Below, in pieces: positions 48,179-60,379 of a stretch of DNA of 64,000 nt. The notes under the pieces were generated by a model that did not search any database, was not told where the DNA came from, and was given only the letters and a program-made list of their open reading frames with translations. This DNA comes from Fistulifera solaris (Eukaryota), in contig AP026123.1 in NCBI GenBank assembly GCA_030295235.1, forward strand, positions 930,001-994,000. The letters run 5' to 3'. Within the stretch, counting starts at the first letter, position 1; every line of letters begins with the position of its first letter. Position numbers and translations under genes: made by a program.

Positions 48179-48929
48179 TTATCCTTCTCTATGCTCATCA
48201 GCTTTTTTACCTTTTTTGAGCATGTTTAGTTTTGTGTACACGTCGTTTATCTTGCTTTCATCGGGCGAGGCCACTGCACCCGCAATGATTTCGAAACAAC
48301 TTGCGCTGCGCTTGTAGTACTCTTCGTTTACTGCTTTCCTGGTGCGTATTAATGCGCCTTCAATGCTGATTCCTCCAAAGCAACCTTTCGAATAAGCAAT
48401 ACTCATTGTTCTTCCAGCGGCAGACTTACTGAAATTTACTGAACCACTGAAAGATCTACCGAAGTTTGCCAGCGTGAATTCGGCTTGTACGCCAAGCTTA
48501 AGACCAGCATCTTGAGCGAGAGCTTTCAAAGTTCCTTGGTCCATTAGAAAGATAACAATGTCTTTGATAGATCCTCCACCAACAAATCCCCATCCTTGTT
48601 GTCAAGTTCAACAGAGTGAAAAACGCGCGCTTTTCAGCCGTATTTCAAAACCACAATCTCGCAAAAGACGTACCGATCCCCGTTACTTCGACAGCACTTG
48701 GAAGTGACCACGAGCCATCACTTCTTTTCGCAAGAAGAATGCCACTTCCAAAATTAACAGTGACAAGGAATCCGACCTCAATGACAGAAAGAATAAGAAT
48801 TCCTTTGCATTGTTCACAAAGGTCTTGAGGAAGGCCCACACTGTCGGGATCCAAGGCACACCGCAAAATTACATCCGCCTTTGCAATCATGCCTTCCATG
48901 GTTGAACGATCATGCGTTACTTTGGTCAT
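48179..48929 (-). CDS. SYLF/Ysc84 domain protein, paralog 3 (more divergent)
   Basis: CKGILILSVIEVGFLVTVNFGSG...WSLPSAV, GWGFVGG, YSKGCFGGISIEGALIRTRKAVNEEYY. Intron at an equivalent position (~48597-48673). Confidence 0.85.
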
Positions 48930-49755
48930 CGTCGGTCACTTATTTTCATGAGATATAGCCTTGTAGCTCGGCCACTCTTCATGTTTCCGATTTTCTTAGG
49001 TTCTCAAGCTGAAGGTGTTCTCATGACGTTTTCGATCGAAAACGAAAAGCGCATCGCGGAGATAAAACCGGAATAAGTGAATACCTTACCGACCACTCAA
49101 AATTCAGAAAGTCAGCGCCTTGATTAAAGATGACTGCACTTTCACGATTGTGAGTTTGATAACGCCCGGAAAGAATTTTAAGATTCACAACGATCATTAC
49201 GTATAGAGGTATTGCCGTCCCTCAGACCATTGGCGACTGCAGTGTTAATTGCTGAAGGCTAGCCGAAACGACCAAATTCAAACTGAGGAGCTTTGTCTAC
49301 CCTGCAAGAGGCTTATTTGTTCGTTTGTTACTTCTTCACGACCAAATTTGCTCACCAAAAAAAGCTCGCACAACTTTGAACAACGACATGAGTTTTGTAG
49401 ATAGCAAGATTCTCATCCAGCTTTCCATGCTTTCCCAAATGCCGTGGATAGAACGTTGATTTCATAAACAAGGCAAATAGGACCGTCTTGGTCGTCCTCG
49501 CATTGCCGCAAAATAAAACACCACCCAAAATGTCGCTTCGTGACTGAAGTTCAGTCGTGGCGAGATTCGAACAACACTTTGGTTCTACAGTTTTGCAAAA
49601 AGTAATCTACACATAGACCTATATTCCAGCGTCACTGCGACAAATCGTTAACGGATTTTTTGATCGAGTCTCCCTTTGTAACAAGCGCTTGACAGTAAGG
49701 TTAACTCTCTAGAGAGATAGTTATAACACAAAAAATTTACATCGAGATTATATGT

Positions 49756-52707
49756 TTACAGTAATTCGGACTTGAAATCTTGGTGTTGAGGGGTGTCTTC
49801 CACCGCTTCTGGCTCACGATGCAGATAGTCTGGAGTAAACGGTTCTTTTCTCCTCAAGAGGTTCGAAACAAGAGGTGCAACCGCAGATAAAACGCTGACC
49901 GAGGACCCTGCCTCACTAAATGATCTCGCCCCATAGCCTCCCGAAGAAACACTCCTGGACGCCGAAAACGAATGAGGGGCTACTGAGTACTGATTTCCAC
50001 TTCCGCTTGTGGCGGACAAACTTTGGTCATCGTTGTAATTGTAAGGCGTTATCAGTCCACTCGTAAAAGGCACTGGCTCGGATTCGTAAGAGTGAACAGA
50101 TCTTGCAGACGGTGTGTGGGTGTACGACTGTCGATGGTCCAGCTTTAACGCAGAAGTAGTCGGTTGCAACGAGGCTCTTAGTTCGGTCTCTTTGGCTGCT
50201 TTCGTCAAAATCTGCCGTTGCTCAGTTGTTAAAAAGTCATTGCGAAATGTCAGCGTCAAAGGTCGGCCGCGTGCCTGAATAGATTTTCGTATGCTATCAA
50301 AAGTCCATTTCCCGACCTCAACCGATACTCCATCAAATGCTACCAAACGCGCCCCGAGCTTTGGACGCGGATTTGATCCAGAGTCATCAAATCCATCGAA
50401 CCCACAAACAAGAACCGCATCAACTGGCGTGGCTATTGGGCACTGGCCCGCAGGTTCACTGGGTTCTCCTTCATCGCTTTTCGAAAACGCAGCAACACGG
50501 CGCAACTCAGCAGCTGTCTTTTCACCGCCCTTTACAACACCAGAAAGATCTGCTGTAATGGCAGCAGTGAGAACACCCTTGCTTTCAGTGGCGGCGGTGG
50601 AACCTTTTGGAACTGAAGACCGATGCGTCTGCTGTAGAAAGTAAGATGATACACCTGTAAATCGTCAGTGGCTGAACCCACAATTGATCCCTCATCGGCT
50701 CTAACTTTGCTACTTCTATCAGCAGCTGTCGTTACAACGTCCACCAGAGGACATTTAAGATTCGACGTTGCTTTCCCGTCTGTTATGTGCGACGGAAAAG
50801 AGGGCGTCGCGCCTAATGATGTTATAAGGTCTTCTTGAAAAAACTGTCATCTTCGTCCCTATCCAGCAACTCGATTGGATGTCGTCGGTTTGGCGATTGA
50901 TTGAGAGAGTGACATGAACTTGACTTCGAAAGGTTGCCCTTCAAGTATGGATTTTCGAAAGGTATATCCGCTTCTCCTTCATCACCTTCACCTTGCAAGG
51001 ATAAATGATCAGCATGATCGAGATCATTTTCTATGTTGCTGTCTTCGGACGACTCGTCGAATAGCGAAAGAAGGTTTTTCTGAAGTGGGCCACTCTGTGG
51101 CGTTTGTTGAGGAACAAGCTGTTGAAGGGAGAAGTCAAAAGTGGTCATCTGCTTGATTTCGGAAGGCTTTTCTGACGCTGTTGCACTCTTCGTGATGGAG
51201 TTGGACGTTAAAAATTGTTCGTGCATTCGAATGGAGGAAAGTATACGCTCCTCCAGTTCATTGATCAACTTTTCCTCCTCTTCAATTTCCGACGGATCGT
51301 CATTCTGGGTTGCGTTCGCGTAGCGGGGAACTTTCTCTCATTTTCATGTGCTTTAGTCGCTTCTATTAGTACTTTCACTTCGCGAACAAGAACAGCCTTT
51401 TCTTTCTTCTTTTGTTTGACTGATTTACGTAATGCGCAGTTCTCTTCCCATAGTTTGCAAAGGTGTTTTTCTGCTTTTGCCATTCTCTTCTCCATTTCGA
51501 CTAGTCGCTCATTTGCGCCATTTAAATCCTCTACTGCGGTGGAAGCCTCTAAAGAAGCCAGGCGATGATTCTCTACCAATTGATCACAAGTATTTTGGAG
51601 CGAAATAAAATGCTCTCCTGGTACATGGGAAAAGTCGATTTCATTTCCGGCATCATCATCGAGTAATGATTGATTTCTTTGGATGGACTCATTTTTGTCG
51701 ACCGCCACTGCCTTTAACAGACTTCCATCTTCCTTCTTTTCTTCGTCTAGGCCTCCCGTAATTTCCACCAAGTCTTTCCCAGTTACACCAGTGCCCCCGT
51801 TGTCGCCGCTCTCATTTTGAATTCCATCGCTTTCTTTGAGGACGCTCCTCCGCAGCTGCCCCGTCAACATTTTCAATGATTCGTCGAGTTGATGAAAACG
51901 CTCTTTCCACATTGCAGCATCTTCCAAGGCACCATCACGATCTTGCTCCACCAGTTTCAAGTCCCGGAGCGCCGCTTCTAACTCTTTCACTCGACTTTGC
52001 AGCGCCGAGTTATGACGCTTTTCCTTGGCCAATGCCGCCTTGCAGACAGACAATCGTTCATGCTGCAAGCCCTCTTTCCATTGCTCCGCCAAATCTGATG
52101 ATCGAGCTTCCAAAATAACCTTTCTTCCTCCCTCCCAACATATCGAGAATCGATTGGGGTCATTTTCCTCCGACTCAATCCAAGACCCTTCTAAATCAAG
52201 GCAACCCCGCGGCTCGGTATCGGTGGGGGCCAAAAAGTAATACAAAACAGTTCCCGGTTGTAGCACAAAAAATCTCCGTTTGAAAGCAGGAATATTCGTC
52301 CCTCGTTTCTGCAAATAACCAAAGAGCGGAGCATTCTGCTGTCGCGCCATTGTGACGGCACTTTGCGCCGTAGGCGGTGTCTGCCCAGGAGGTGGTGTAA
52401 CGATAGAGCTATCCGGTGTTTCCATAGCGCGTCGTGAACGTATTCTGCTTGCTTTTCGTGAGTCAGTACTGTCGATGGATTGCAGAGATGTCGAAGAAAA
52501 GGACGCAGCAATGTGCGGTCGATTCGTTGAATTTGCATCTAAATGCAGCCCCGATACTTTCTGCGAATCAGGCACTCTTCGATAAATTGAATTGTTGTTT
52601 GGAGTTTCCCACGATGAGGGAGGTGCGTATCGTATTATCGAAGATGGTGTTTCTGTTGATTGTCGCTGTCTTTGTGTATTTCGGGTTGAGGACGAAGAAT
52701 GCGACAT
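49756..52707 (-). CDS. PH-domain / coiled-coil protein with C-terminal PDZ-like domain (fragmented)
   Basis: PH: GYLQKRGTNIPAFKRRFFVL...LYYF...EPRGCLDL...LEARSSDLAEQWKEGL. Long heptad regions follow. C-terminus YHLTFYSRRIGLQF...GARLVAFDGVSV...IQARGRPLTLTFRN is PDZ-like. Confidence 0.75.
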
Positions 52708-53349
52708 GATCGTTCTTCTTCAAAAAAGAACAATGCCGAGCCTTTCTGAACACGAGACCGTCGACTGCGATTTAAAAGGCTCTTTTATTGAAACGTGTCG
52801 CTTGCGCGTTAATTTTAAGATAAAAGACCGCAAATGGTGCAAAGATCAACACCTTGTTGCATTACCTGGTATTTATTGTGTTGTTGCGTTCAAAGTCGTC
52901 TGCATTTTTGTTGCGCGCGCAAGCCGACCACGTTCTGTTTTGAAGCAAGACTTCGTGTCGCACCAATGTTGACTGTCTCGTAAACTGTAGCTTACTTTTT
53001 CTAAGACTCAAATACGGAGTAATGTTCAATCACGGACGTACTCCGTTCTCGTCCGATCTGATCGGGAGATTGACAGACAGTGTTGCTACAGACGATGCGA
53101 TCTCAATGGAGGGAGAATGCGGAGCAAAAAATCGACGTGCGGCTGGGAAGACAGCAACGCTTCGGCTTTCCATTGCACTCCAGTTTAATCCATCCAAAGT
53201 CGATATTATTCACAAACAAAGCTTAAAGTGATTCTTCGTCGGATAGATTGCGTACTTGTCGAGGAACTCGGATCGGAATTAGCAGAGACGTCGACGTATC
53301 GCTCATCAACTGGACCAAATTACTTCGCAAGCAACAGATTACGTGATAA

Positions 53350-55053
53350 ATGAACCCCCAAGCATCTGAATGGAAACCATCTGCTGCAGCAGCTCCCTGG
53401 ACTCCAGGAGGCGGAGTAGCAGTGTCCGCACCAGCGCCTGCACCGGAATCGAACGAAGACGAGATTGATGAAAACGATCCCCTCTGGCAAGCCGTGCTGA
53501 AAATCAGTGAAGGTGACCGAGAGAAGGCCCTCAAACTCATCAACAATCCCGACGAGCTTGCTGCGTATCCCGAAATCCAAAAGATCTTGGAGGAGACTGG
53601 CGGAGATGCCGCCGAAGATGAAGAACTTGTTCAAGACGTGGAGGAGAAGGCCAAGATTGAAGACTCGATGGAAGATGAGGCTGAATCAGAAGCACCCGCG
53701 AAGCCTGTCAAAGAAGGTGACCCTCGCGAGCACTTGAACTTGGTTTTCATTGGGCACGTCGATGCTGGAAAATCCACCTTATCGGGAAATATCCTCTATT
53801 TGACGGATAATGTGGACAAGCGCACGATCGAACGTTACGAACGCGAAGCCAAAGCTCTCAACCGAGATTCATGGTTTCTGGCGTTTATCATGGATACTGA
53901 CGAGGGCGAGCGAGCAAAAGGTAAAACAGTTGAAGTCGGAAAAGCGCGCTTCGAAACCGAAAACAAGCGTTACACCATCATGGATGCACCTGGACACAAG
54001 AACCATGTGCCTAACATGATTCAAGGAGCCAGTCAAGCCGACATAGGTATTTTGGTCATTTCGGCTCGAAAGGGTGAATTTGAAACAGGATTTGATAGGG
54101 GTGGACAGACACGTGAGCATGCGTTGCTGGCAAAGACACTAGGCGTTGACTACCTCATCGTAGCTGTGAACAAAATGGACGAACCCACTGTGAAGTGGAG
54201 CAAAGAACGCTTTGAGGAATGTATCAGTAAAATCCGACCTTACTTGAAATCGTGCGGGTTTACGATCAAAACGCAGGTCAAATTTATTCCCATTTCCGGT
54301 TTAGGAGGAGCGAACGTCAAAGACGAAGTTCCGGAATCTGAATGCAGTTGGTGGAGAGAGTCTTACACTACTGGTCAGAACAACACCGACCAGCCGACTC
54401 TGTTCAAGCTACTCGATTCGCTAGTCATTCCCGGTAGAGATGCTACTGCTCCAGTTCGCATTCCCGTGTTGGATCGTTACAGTGAGCGCGGAACCATAGC
54501 AATGGGCAAAGTCGAGAGTGGCACTTTACGACCTGGTTCAAAGGTGACCGTTATGCCGACTGGGCAAACATACAAAGTGGATGAAGTTTGGGTCAACGAC
54601 GATGAATCGATAGCAGCAGCTCGTCCCGGTGAGAGTGTCCTTGTCAAGTTGAATGGTGCTCGACTAGAAGATATTCGAAAAGGTTACGTTCTATGTTCTG
54701 ATCCTCCTTGTCGAGCTGTTGACAAAATTATTTGCCAGGTTGCCATTATGGATATGCCTGACAATACAAAGATTATGACAGCCGGTTTCCAATGCGTCTT
54801 TCACGCGCACACGTGCGAAGAAGAATGCATTATTACAAGGATTTTCGAAACAACGAATCCGAAGGGTCAGGTCATGAAGGGTGCTCGATTCGCGGGCATT
54901 GGCATGAGGGCTATTGTGATGATCGAATTGAGCCAGAGTACACCACTTGATACCTACGACAACATGCATTTCTTGGGAAGATTCACACTAAGAACCGAGG
55001 GAAAGACTATTGCAATCGGTAAGATTACAAAGCTGCCTCCACCGAGCGCGTAA
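53350..55053 (+). CDS. eRF3: Eukaryotic peptide chain release factor 3 (GTPase)
   Basis: N-terminal PAM2-like MNPQASEWKP, then HLNLVFIGHVDAGKST, DAPGHK, ARKGEFETGF, NKMD, and C-terminal GRFTLRTEGKTIAIGKI. Intact ORF. Confidence 0.95.
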   Translation: MNPQASEWKPSAAAAPWTPGGGVAVSAPAPAPESNEDEIDENDPLWQAVLKISEGDREKALKLINNPDELAAYPEIQKILEETGGDAAEDEELVQDVEEKAKIEDSMEDEAESEAPAKPVKEGDPREHLNLVFIGHVDAGKSTLSGNILYLTDNVDKRTIERYEREAKALNRDSWFLAFIMDTDEGERAKGKTVEVGKARFETENKRYTIMDAPGHKNHVPNMIQGASQADIGILVISARKGEFETGFDRGGQTREHALLAKTLGVDYLIVAVNKMDEPTVKWSKERFEECISKIRPYLKSCGFTIKTQVKFIPISGLGGANVKDEVPESECSWWRESYTTGQNNTDQPTLFKLLDSLVIPGRDATAPVRIPVLDRYSERGTIAMGKVESGTLRPGSKVTVMPTGQTYKVDEVWVNDDESIAAARPGESVLVKLNGARLEDIRKGYVLCSDPPCRAVDKIICQVAIMDMPDNTKIMTAGFQCVFHAHTCEEECIITRIFETTNPKGQVMKGARFAGIGMRAIVMIELSQSTPLDTYDNMHFLGRFTLRTEGKTIAIGKITKLPPPSA

Positions 55054-55157
55054 ATAAAAAATGGATCATGAACCTTTCATTTTTAAGAGTATGATTTACT
55101 CGGTTAATTTGAATTTCAGTAGCCAAAGTCTACACAGGAATGGTTGCAATTCAATAA

Positions 55158-56896
55158 CTATTTGCCACTGTAAAACATGCAAGTCTTCTTGCATTTCTTG
55201 AGACCACAACCTTGACATGTTCCTGTAGATGATTTGGTGCTGAGCCGCTGCTTCTCACGTTGAATTTCTTCCTCCTTTTTCTTTTCTGCTGCCTCTCTTG
55301 CTGCGATCAAGTCCAGTTCACGTTGAGCATCCATAGCTTCTTTAAAGCGCTTTCGCTCTTCTTCTTCCTTTTTGGCCTGTTCTTCTTCTTTCCTTTGCGC
55401 TTCCAGCCTTTCAGCTTCAATTCGTTTTTGCTCTGCTTCGACTCGTGCTTGCTCAGATTCCATGATTTCCGCTTGTTGCGCCGATTCAGACGTACTAGTC
55501 GTTGTGTTTGTAGTGACTGTCCTATCGCCATCTGTCTGAGTTTGAGCAGCGAGGGCGTATGAGTCTCCCAGGGCCTTGGTTAAATTGGCCAACGCCTTGA
55601 GTGCTTCGTCGCGAATTTCCTCAAACTGAACATTTGTCGCTACTTTCTTTAGTTCGGGCACCAACAAACTACCAAAAGGAGCAATCGACTCTGGTGAAAT
55701 CACCAGTTTGGACATGTTGCTGATCACCAAACAAGCTTGTCGCTTGTGGATCGCCAATTTTTCTTTCAAAGCACGCGCCAGCACCGGACATAATAGGGCA
55801 AGAGTACTGGCATCGACGGGCACAACAAAAGTAGTCCCCATGAGCTCCGATACGGCTTTGTTCGTATCCGCCGGCTTGCAAATGGCGTTTACAATCGCCG
55901 GTATGGCGTTCTTGATATCCTGATTTGTGTTGGTATTGCAAACAGCCAGAAGCGTGGACTTGGTAGCCTTCGCTACCTGGGGTTTGGTATCAAAGACTTG
56001 ATCGGTCAAGGCAGGAATAAGTTTCGGAATCAGCTTATAAACTTGATACGAAGCATTCACCATCGCACATTGTTCCAATCGCTCTAGCGCCGTAGTTTTG
56101 ACGCGCCATTCCGTCGACTTGAGCGATTGCAAGAGCAAAGGACAAATAACAGCAGGAAAGGCCCAAGGGTGCGCCATGGATATAATAGCACTTGTAGCAT
56201 CTTCGGCAGCTTGACGAACGGAACTCGAAGCACTACCACATTCATCCAATGATGCCGCGAGAAACGCGCCGACCACAAACGGCTCGGCCGGTTTTCCGAC
56301 AATCTCACAAAGAGCGCGGATTACCAACAAGGAACCTTCTCTAGCGTTTGCTGGAGTCGACTTTCCTCGTTTCGAGTCTGTTCCAAGCGAGCCAGCAGTA
56401 GTTGCTTCTGTTTCCATACTAGCAAGACTCAAGGCTGACATACTGGGCCTCAATCCTCCCTCGACCGGGTCGCTGACGTGATTGACAAACAGTTTATCGA
56501 TCCCCTCCGGAAAGAGAGCCAATTGCATCTTTTCTGTAATTTGACATTCCTTGAGAACAAATGCGACCCCTAATTCTTTGGCGGCCACGGCGACATCGGC
56601 AGCGGCGCCCGCTCTGTCTTTCGTGGTGCTCGCAGCATGCGGAGTCGAGATGCTTTTGACGATTGATTCTTCCCCCAAAGCTTTTTGAAAATGATCGAAA
56701 ACGAAAGTTTTCTGTTCCTCTTTACTTTTCGCAAGCAAAGACGCGACGGCGTCGGGGGATGCCAGGGCCGAGGGTTTCAAAGGCGGAGCCGAACCACGGT
56801 GCCCCCGACTGCCGCCGACGGCTTGCCTGTTGCGGCCTTGGGAGGAGGCGCAGTCTTCTTGACAGAGATTTTTGTGGAAGCGTTGATCTCCACCAT
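55158..56896 (-). CDS. HEAT-repeat protein homologous to the eEF3/GCN1 N-terminal HEAT domain, lacking ABC cassettes; E/K-rich coil and C-terminal Cys cluster
   Basis: WRVKTTAL, DTKPQV, NQDI...IPAIV, LMGTTFVVPVDASTLALLCPVLARAL, KRQACLVISNMSKLV..P..IAPF. Ends CQGCGLKKCKKTCMFYSGK. Probable ATG 56896 with an indel near 56790. Confidence 0.75.
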
Positions 56897-57441
56897 GTTA
56901 CTTGATAAAGAATTCGACTATAAAACGGCACGAACAACAATGCGAAAGGCTAATAGATAGTGTCTTTCTATGATTGTTGGTGGTGTGCGTCTTTTTTCTT
57001 TTTCTTCCTCGTCACACACATCTCGCGAGATTCATTGGTCCAAAAGAGATGTGGAGGGAAAGGGGACTGCATCAAGTCCCGCTTTTCGTCCGTCATTTTC
57101 AAGCAAAGAGCAATAACAGTAGACCTTGTATTCAATAAAAAGTAAACTACTCATGGCTCACACTGACAAGTCTTTACGGTTATCAACCAAGAAGTAAAAA
57201 CCGTCTCATGTCTCGCTGACGCCTTCTTGAACCGACACTCGCAAAAGGACACGAACCCAACAAAATCTCCCCCCACCCACCCTCTGCCTTCAAACAAGCC
57301 AAGTGTCATGGAACGAGAAAACACGCAACCTACCTGGTATTCTCACAATAAGAAGTCGTCAACATTGTCTTCGTTTCTTGCGAGTAGAGGTGTTTGCAGC
57401 TTTCGCTACAGTGTGAAGTGTACTCGTCGTCAATCTGTAAA

Positions 57442-58797
57442 ATGAAGCTCGTTTGTGAGTTCCTTCTGCTCAGCGGGCTATTATTTCGATCGACTCTCGC
57501 GTTTGTACCCTCGTGCTCGCATACTAGACGGCATTCTATCCGCTTGTTTGAATCGTTACAACCACTTGCCACGGAGGGAGACTGGACCGCCTTTTTAGAC
57601 GAAGAGGGACTGGGCTCGTTTACTACTTTAACAGCAAGACCGGAGATAGTTTATGGGAACCGCCGACGGATACATTTCCCACCGTTGTATTAAAAGGAAG
57701 CATGCGGAGAAGGGCGAAAAACAAACAAGAAGAATACATAAAAGCGATAGCGCAACAAGAATTGCTGGAACCGAAAAAGGATTCTTTTCTTCGCTTCTTG
57801 AGGGAGATGAAGAAGTCGAAGCGTCAACAGAACAGCCATCGGAGAAGAAAAAAGAAGAGTCGGATTGGTTCAGCTTCATTTTTGAAGAACGACTAGCGAA
57901 ACAAGCCATCGATTCGGAGGCTGAACGAAAGTCGGGCGGATTTTTAAACAATATATTTGGATCGCGAACTACGGAAACAACAGAGAGTGCGCCTGTAGAA
58001 ATAACAAACAACAACCAAGCATCGACTGCTGTTATTGAAGAACCACAACCGAAGCAAACATCACTAGAAGTAAAGATGTCTGCCTTTGTCAAGCCTCACC
58101 CGATGAAAATGTCATGGGAGGTGAAGACGCTGTTTTCACACAAGGACGCACGTTCGGTGTTTTTGATGGCGTTAGCGGTGCCGAAAAGAAAGATGGAATA
58201 CCATTGTACTCCAAAACAATGGCCGAGATCATGAAAGACCGAGTTGGGGATAGCGGAATAAGCGTGAACGATATCATGAAGTTAATGACCGATGCTGCCA
58301 AAACTTCCGATCAGACATCAACCGGTGCAACAACAGCAATCGTAGGATCCATCGGCGAAGATGGCTTCCTCAGAGTTCTAAACGTCGGAGATTCTACATG
58401 CATCATTATAAGAGATGGAAAAGTCGTCGGCAAGTCCAAAGAAATAAGCCATTACTTTGAATGTCCCTACCAGTTGTCCGCCGACTCGCCGGACCGACCG
58501 AAAGACGGAACCAAGTTCAATTTTGAATTGCTTCCCGGGGATATGATTCTTACGGCTTCCGACGGAGTATTCGACAACTTAGATCCCGATAGTGTCGCAA
58601 ATCTGGTCATGACGGGTCCGAAGACACTTTCTAGCATAGCAAAGCGTGTCGTCGAAAAGTCACGAAAAGTTTCACTCGACTCTAAGGCAGCTACTCCCTA
58701 TTCCAAACTGGCACAGAAATACGGCGATCCTGATTTCAAAAATGGACTCGGAGGCAAAGTAGACGACATTAGTTGTGTCGTTGTGAGCTACGGTTAG
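57442..58797 (+). CDS. Putative plastid-targeted WW-domain + PP2C (PTC7/PBCP-like) protein phosphatase
   Basis: MKLVCEFLLLSGLLFRSTLA-FVPS presequence. WW reads PLATEGDWTAFLDEEG(T)GLVYYFNSKTGDSLWEPPTDTFP after repairing an indel at ~57607. PP2C motifs KPHP...GGEDAVF, GVFDGVSG, GATTA, NVGDS, HYFECPYQL, ASDGVFDNL and GGKVDDI. Further indels near 57779 and 58118. Confidence 0.85.
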
Positions 58798-58974
58798 TTG
58801 TTTTGCCCCGACACACACACACTCTTCTCAGTAGTATCTCATCATTTCATTATCGCTACAAGGACACCTCCACTTGAGGCGTTGACTATCAACTAATCCT
58901 ATTTTTTTATCTACATACTCCTATATCTAAATATCACTAAAGTGAGTTCGCGACCCGAGGAAGGCAAGCATCTA

Positions 58975-60234
58975 TCAGTCTTCGTCCATAGGAACTTTAT
59001 CACCTTCCCACGTCTTCCATTCCATTCCTTTCGGTGCTGTTCGCTCTTTCTCATAGTCTTTCTTGGAGACTTCGTCCCAGTTTGTCGACAACACAGTTCC
59101 ACCGGATGTCTGGTACGATTTTATCATCCTATACAAGCAGTAAGAAGAACGTGAGTCATCCTTTGTGCGACAATTTTACGTGCCCCTCCTGGATACTTAC
59201 GCGCGTCGTGTATCTTCGTCGGCATTGGCGTAAATTTGTTGGAATAGTTTATTCATAGCATCATCCCCTTGCGGTGTTTCTTTTTCTTCTTCAGCTTGAA
59301 TCGACTTTTCAATCGTTCCCCAGTCTTTTGGACTAGCGTAGGGCCGGACTTTGGGCTGGGTGGCTGAGCTTGTTGTAGATGTAGTTGCCTTTTTCGATTC
59401 TTTGCCCATGAGTTCCTTCCACTCGTGTTCATTTACTTTTCGTAGTTTCAGCAGTACCTTCTCTGGCTTGTATTGAATTTTCGATTCGGAAGGATCAATT
59501 TCGTCGTACAGTGGTCCAGCTATCAATGAAAATTCTTTTCCAGCCTTGACGACGGTAACATTGAGTCGTTGTCGTTCCCAGTCGACTTTTACGTGTTCGG
59601 AACTGAGGTTGGGCTCTAAAATGGAAATCGTCATGAATTTGTCGCTTTGATAATACTGATAACGAGGAGCTGCGATGATAGAAGTTTTCGTAGCAGGTTT
59701 ATGGCTCACAGGGACCGTTGTCGATGCCGATGTCGGGGCAGTTTGTGCTTTCAAGGGTTCGGCTGTCGTAGTTGTAGATTGCGCGATAGCCGGGGGATTT
59801 AGCTTGGTGTCACATTTCTGGATCCAATCACGATAAAATTTGCCGTCGCGCTGATTCAAAGTAGCCAGTTGCGCTGCCGACTCAAAGGCTTGCTTGGCGT
59901 CCGCAAACTTGTTGGCTTGAAAGGCCGCAAGACCTTGTCGCTTCCAAGCCACTTCACTTTCTCCGGGCCTCAGTCCTGCAACAGACGAGGAAAGCAGTTG
60001 CGTCGCTTCGAGCGCATCTTCCTGGGCCATTTCGTAATTTCCTAGCTGATAAAAGCAGTTTGATCGATGAGAAAGAATGCGGAATTTGACAGCTGTGTTG
60101 CTATGCCAGATGGTCAAGGCTGCCGTGTAAACCGTGAGCGCTTCGTCCCAGTTTTCATCCACGGCGTAAGAATCGGCCATGGCGAGGCATTGCTCCGCTG
60201 TCATGTCAGTCAATGGGAGTTCCGTTTCACTCAT
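58975..60234 (-). CDS. SGT1: SGT1 co-chaperone (TPR-CS-SGS)
   Basis: TPR N-terminus, CS domain PRYQYYQS...LKLRK, and RPYASPKDW. SGS domain GDDAMNKLFQQIYANADEDTRRA, intron 59131-59200, then MIKSYQTSGGTVLSTNWDEV...PKGME. Confidence 0.92.
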
Positions 60235-60379
60235 GTTTCTTAGGATTTGCAAAGGTTTTTCAGAGAAGAGGACTTGATTGCAACAAAAGATATTTATTTT
60301 ATGCTTCACCTCAAAAGTAGGGGAATAAAATTCATTCATCGTCGTGTTTCGTGTTGCACGAAAAACGCGCGCTTTGCAC

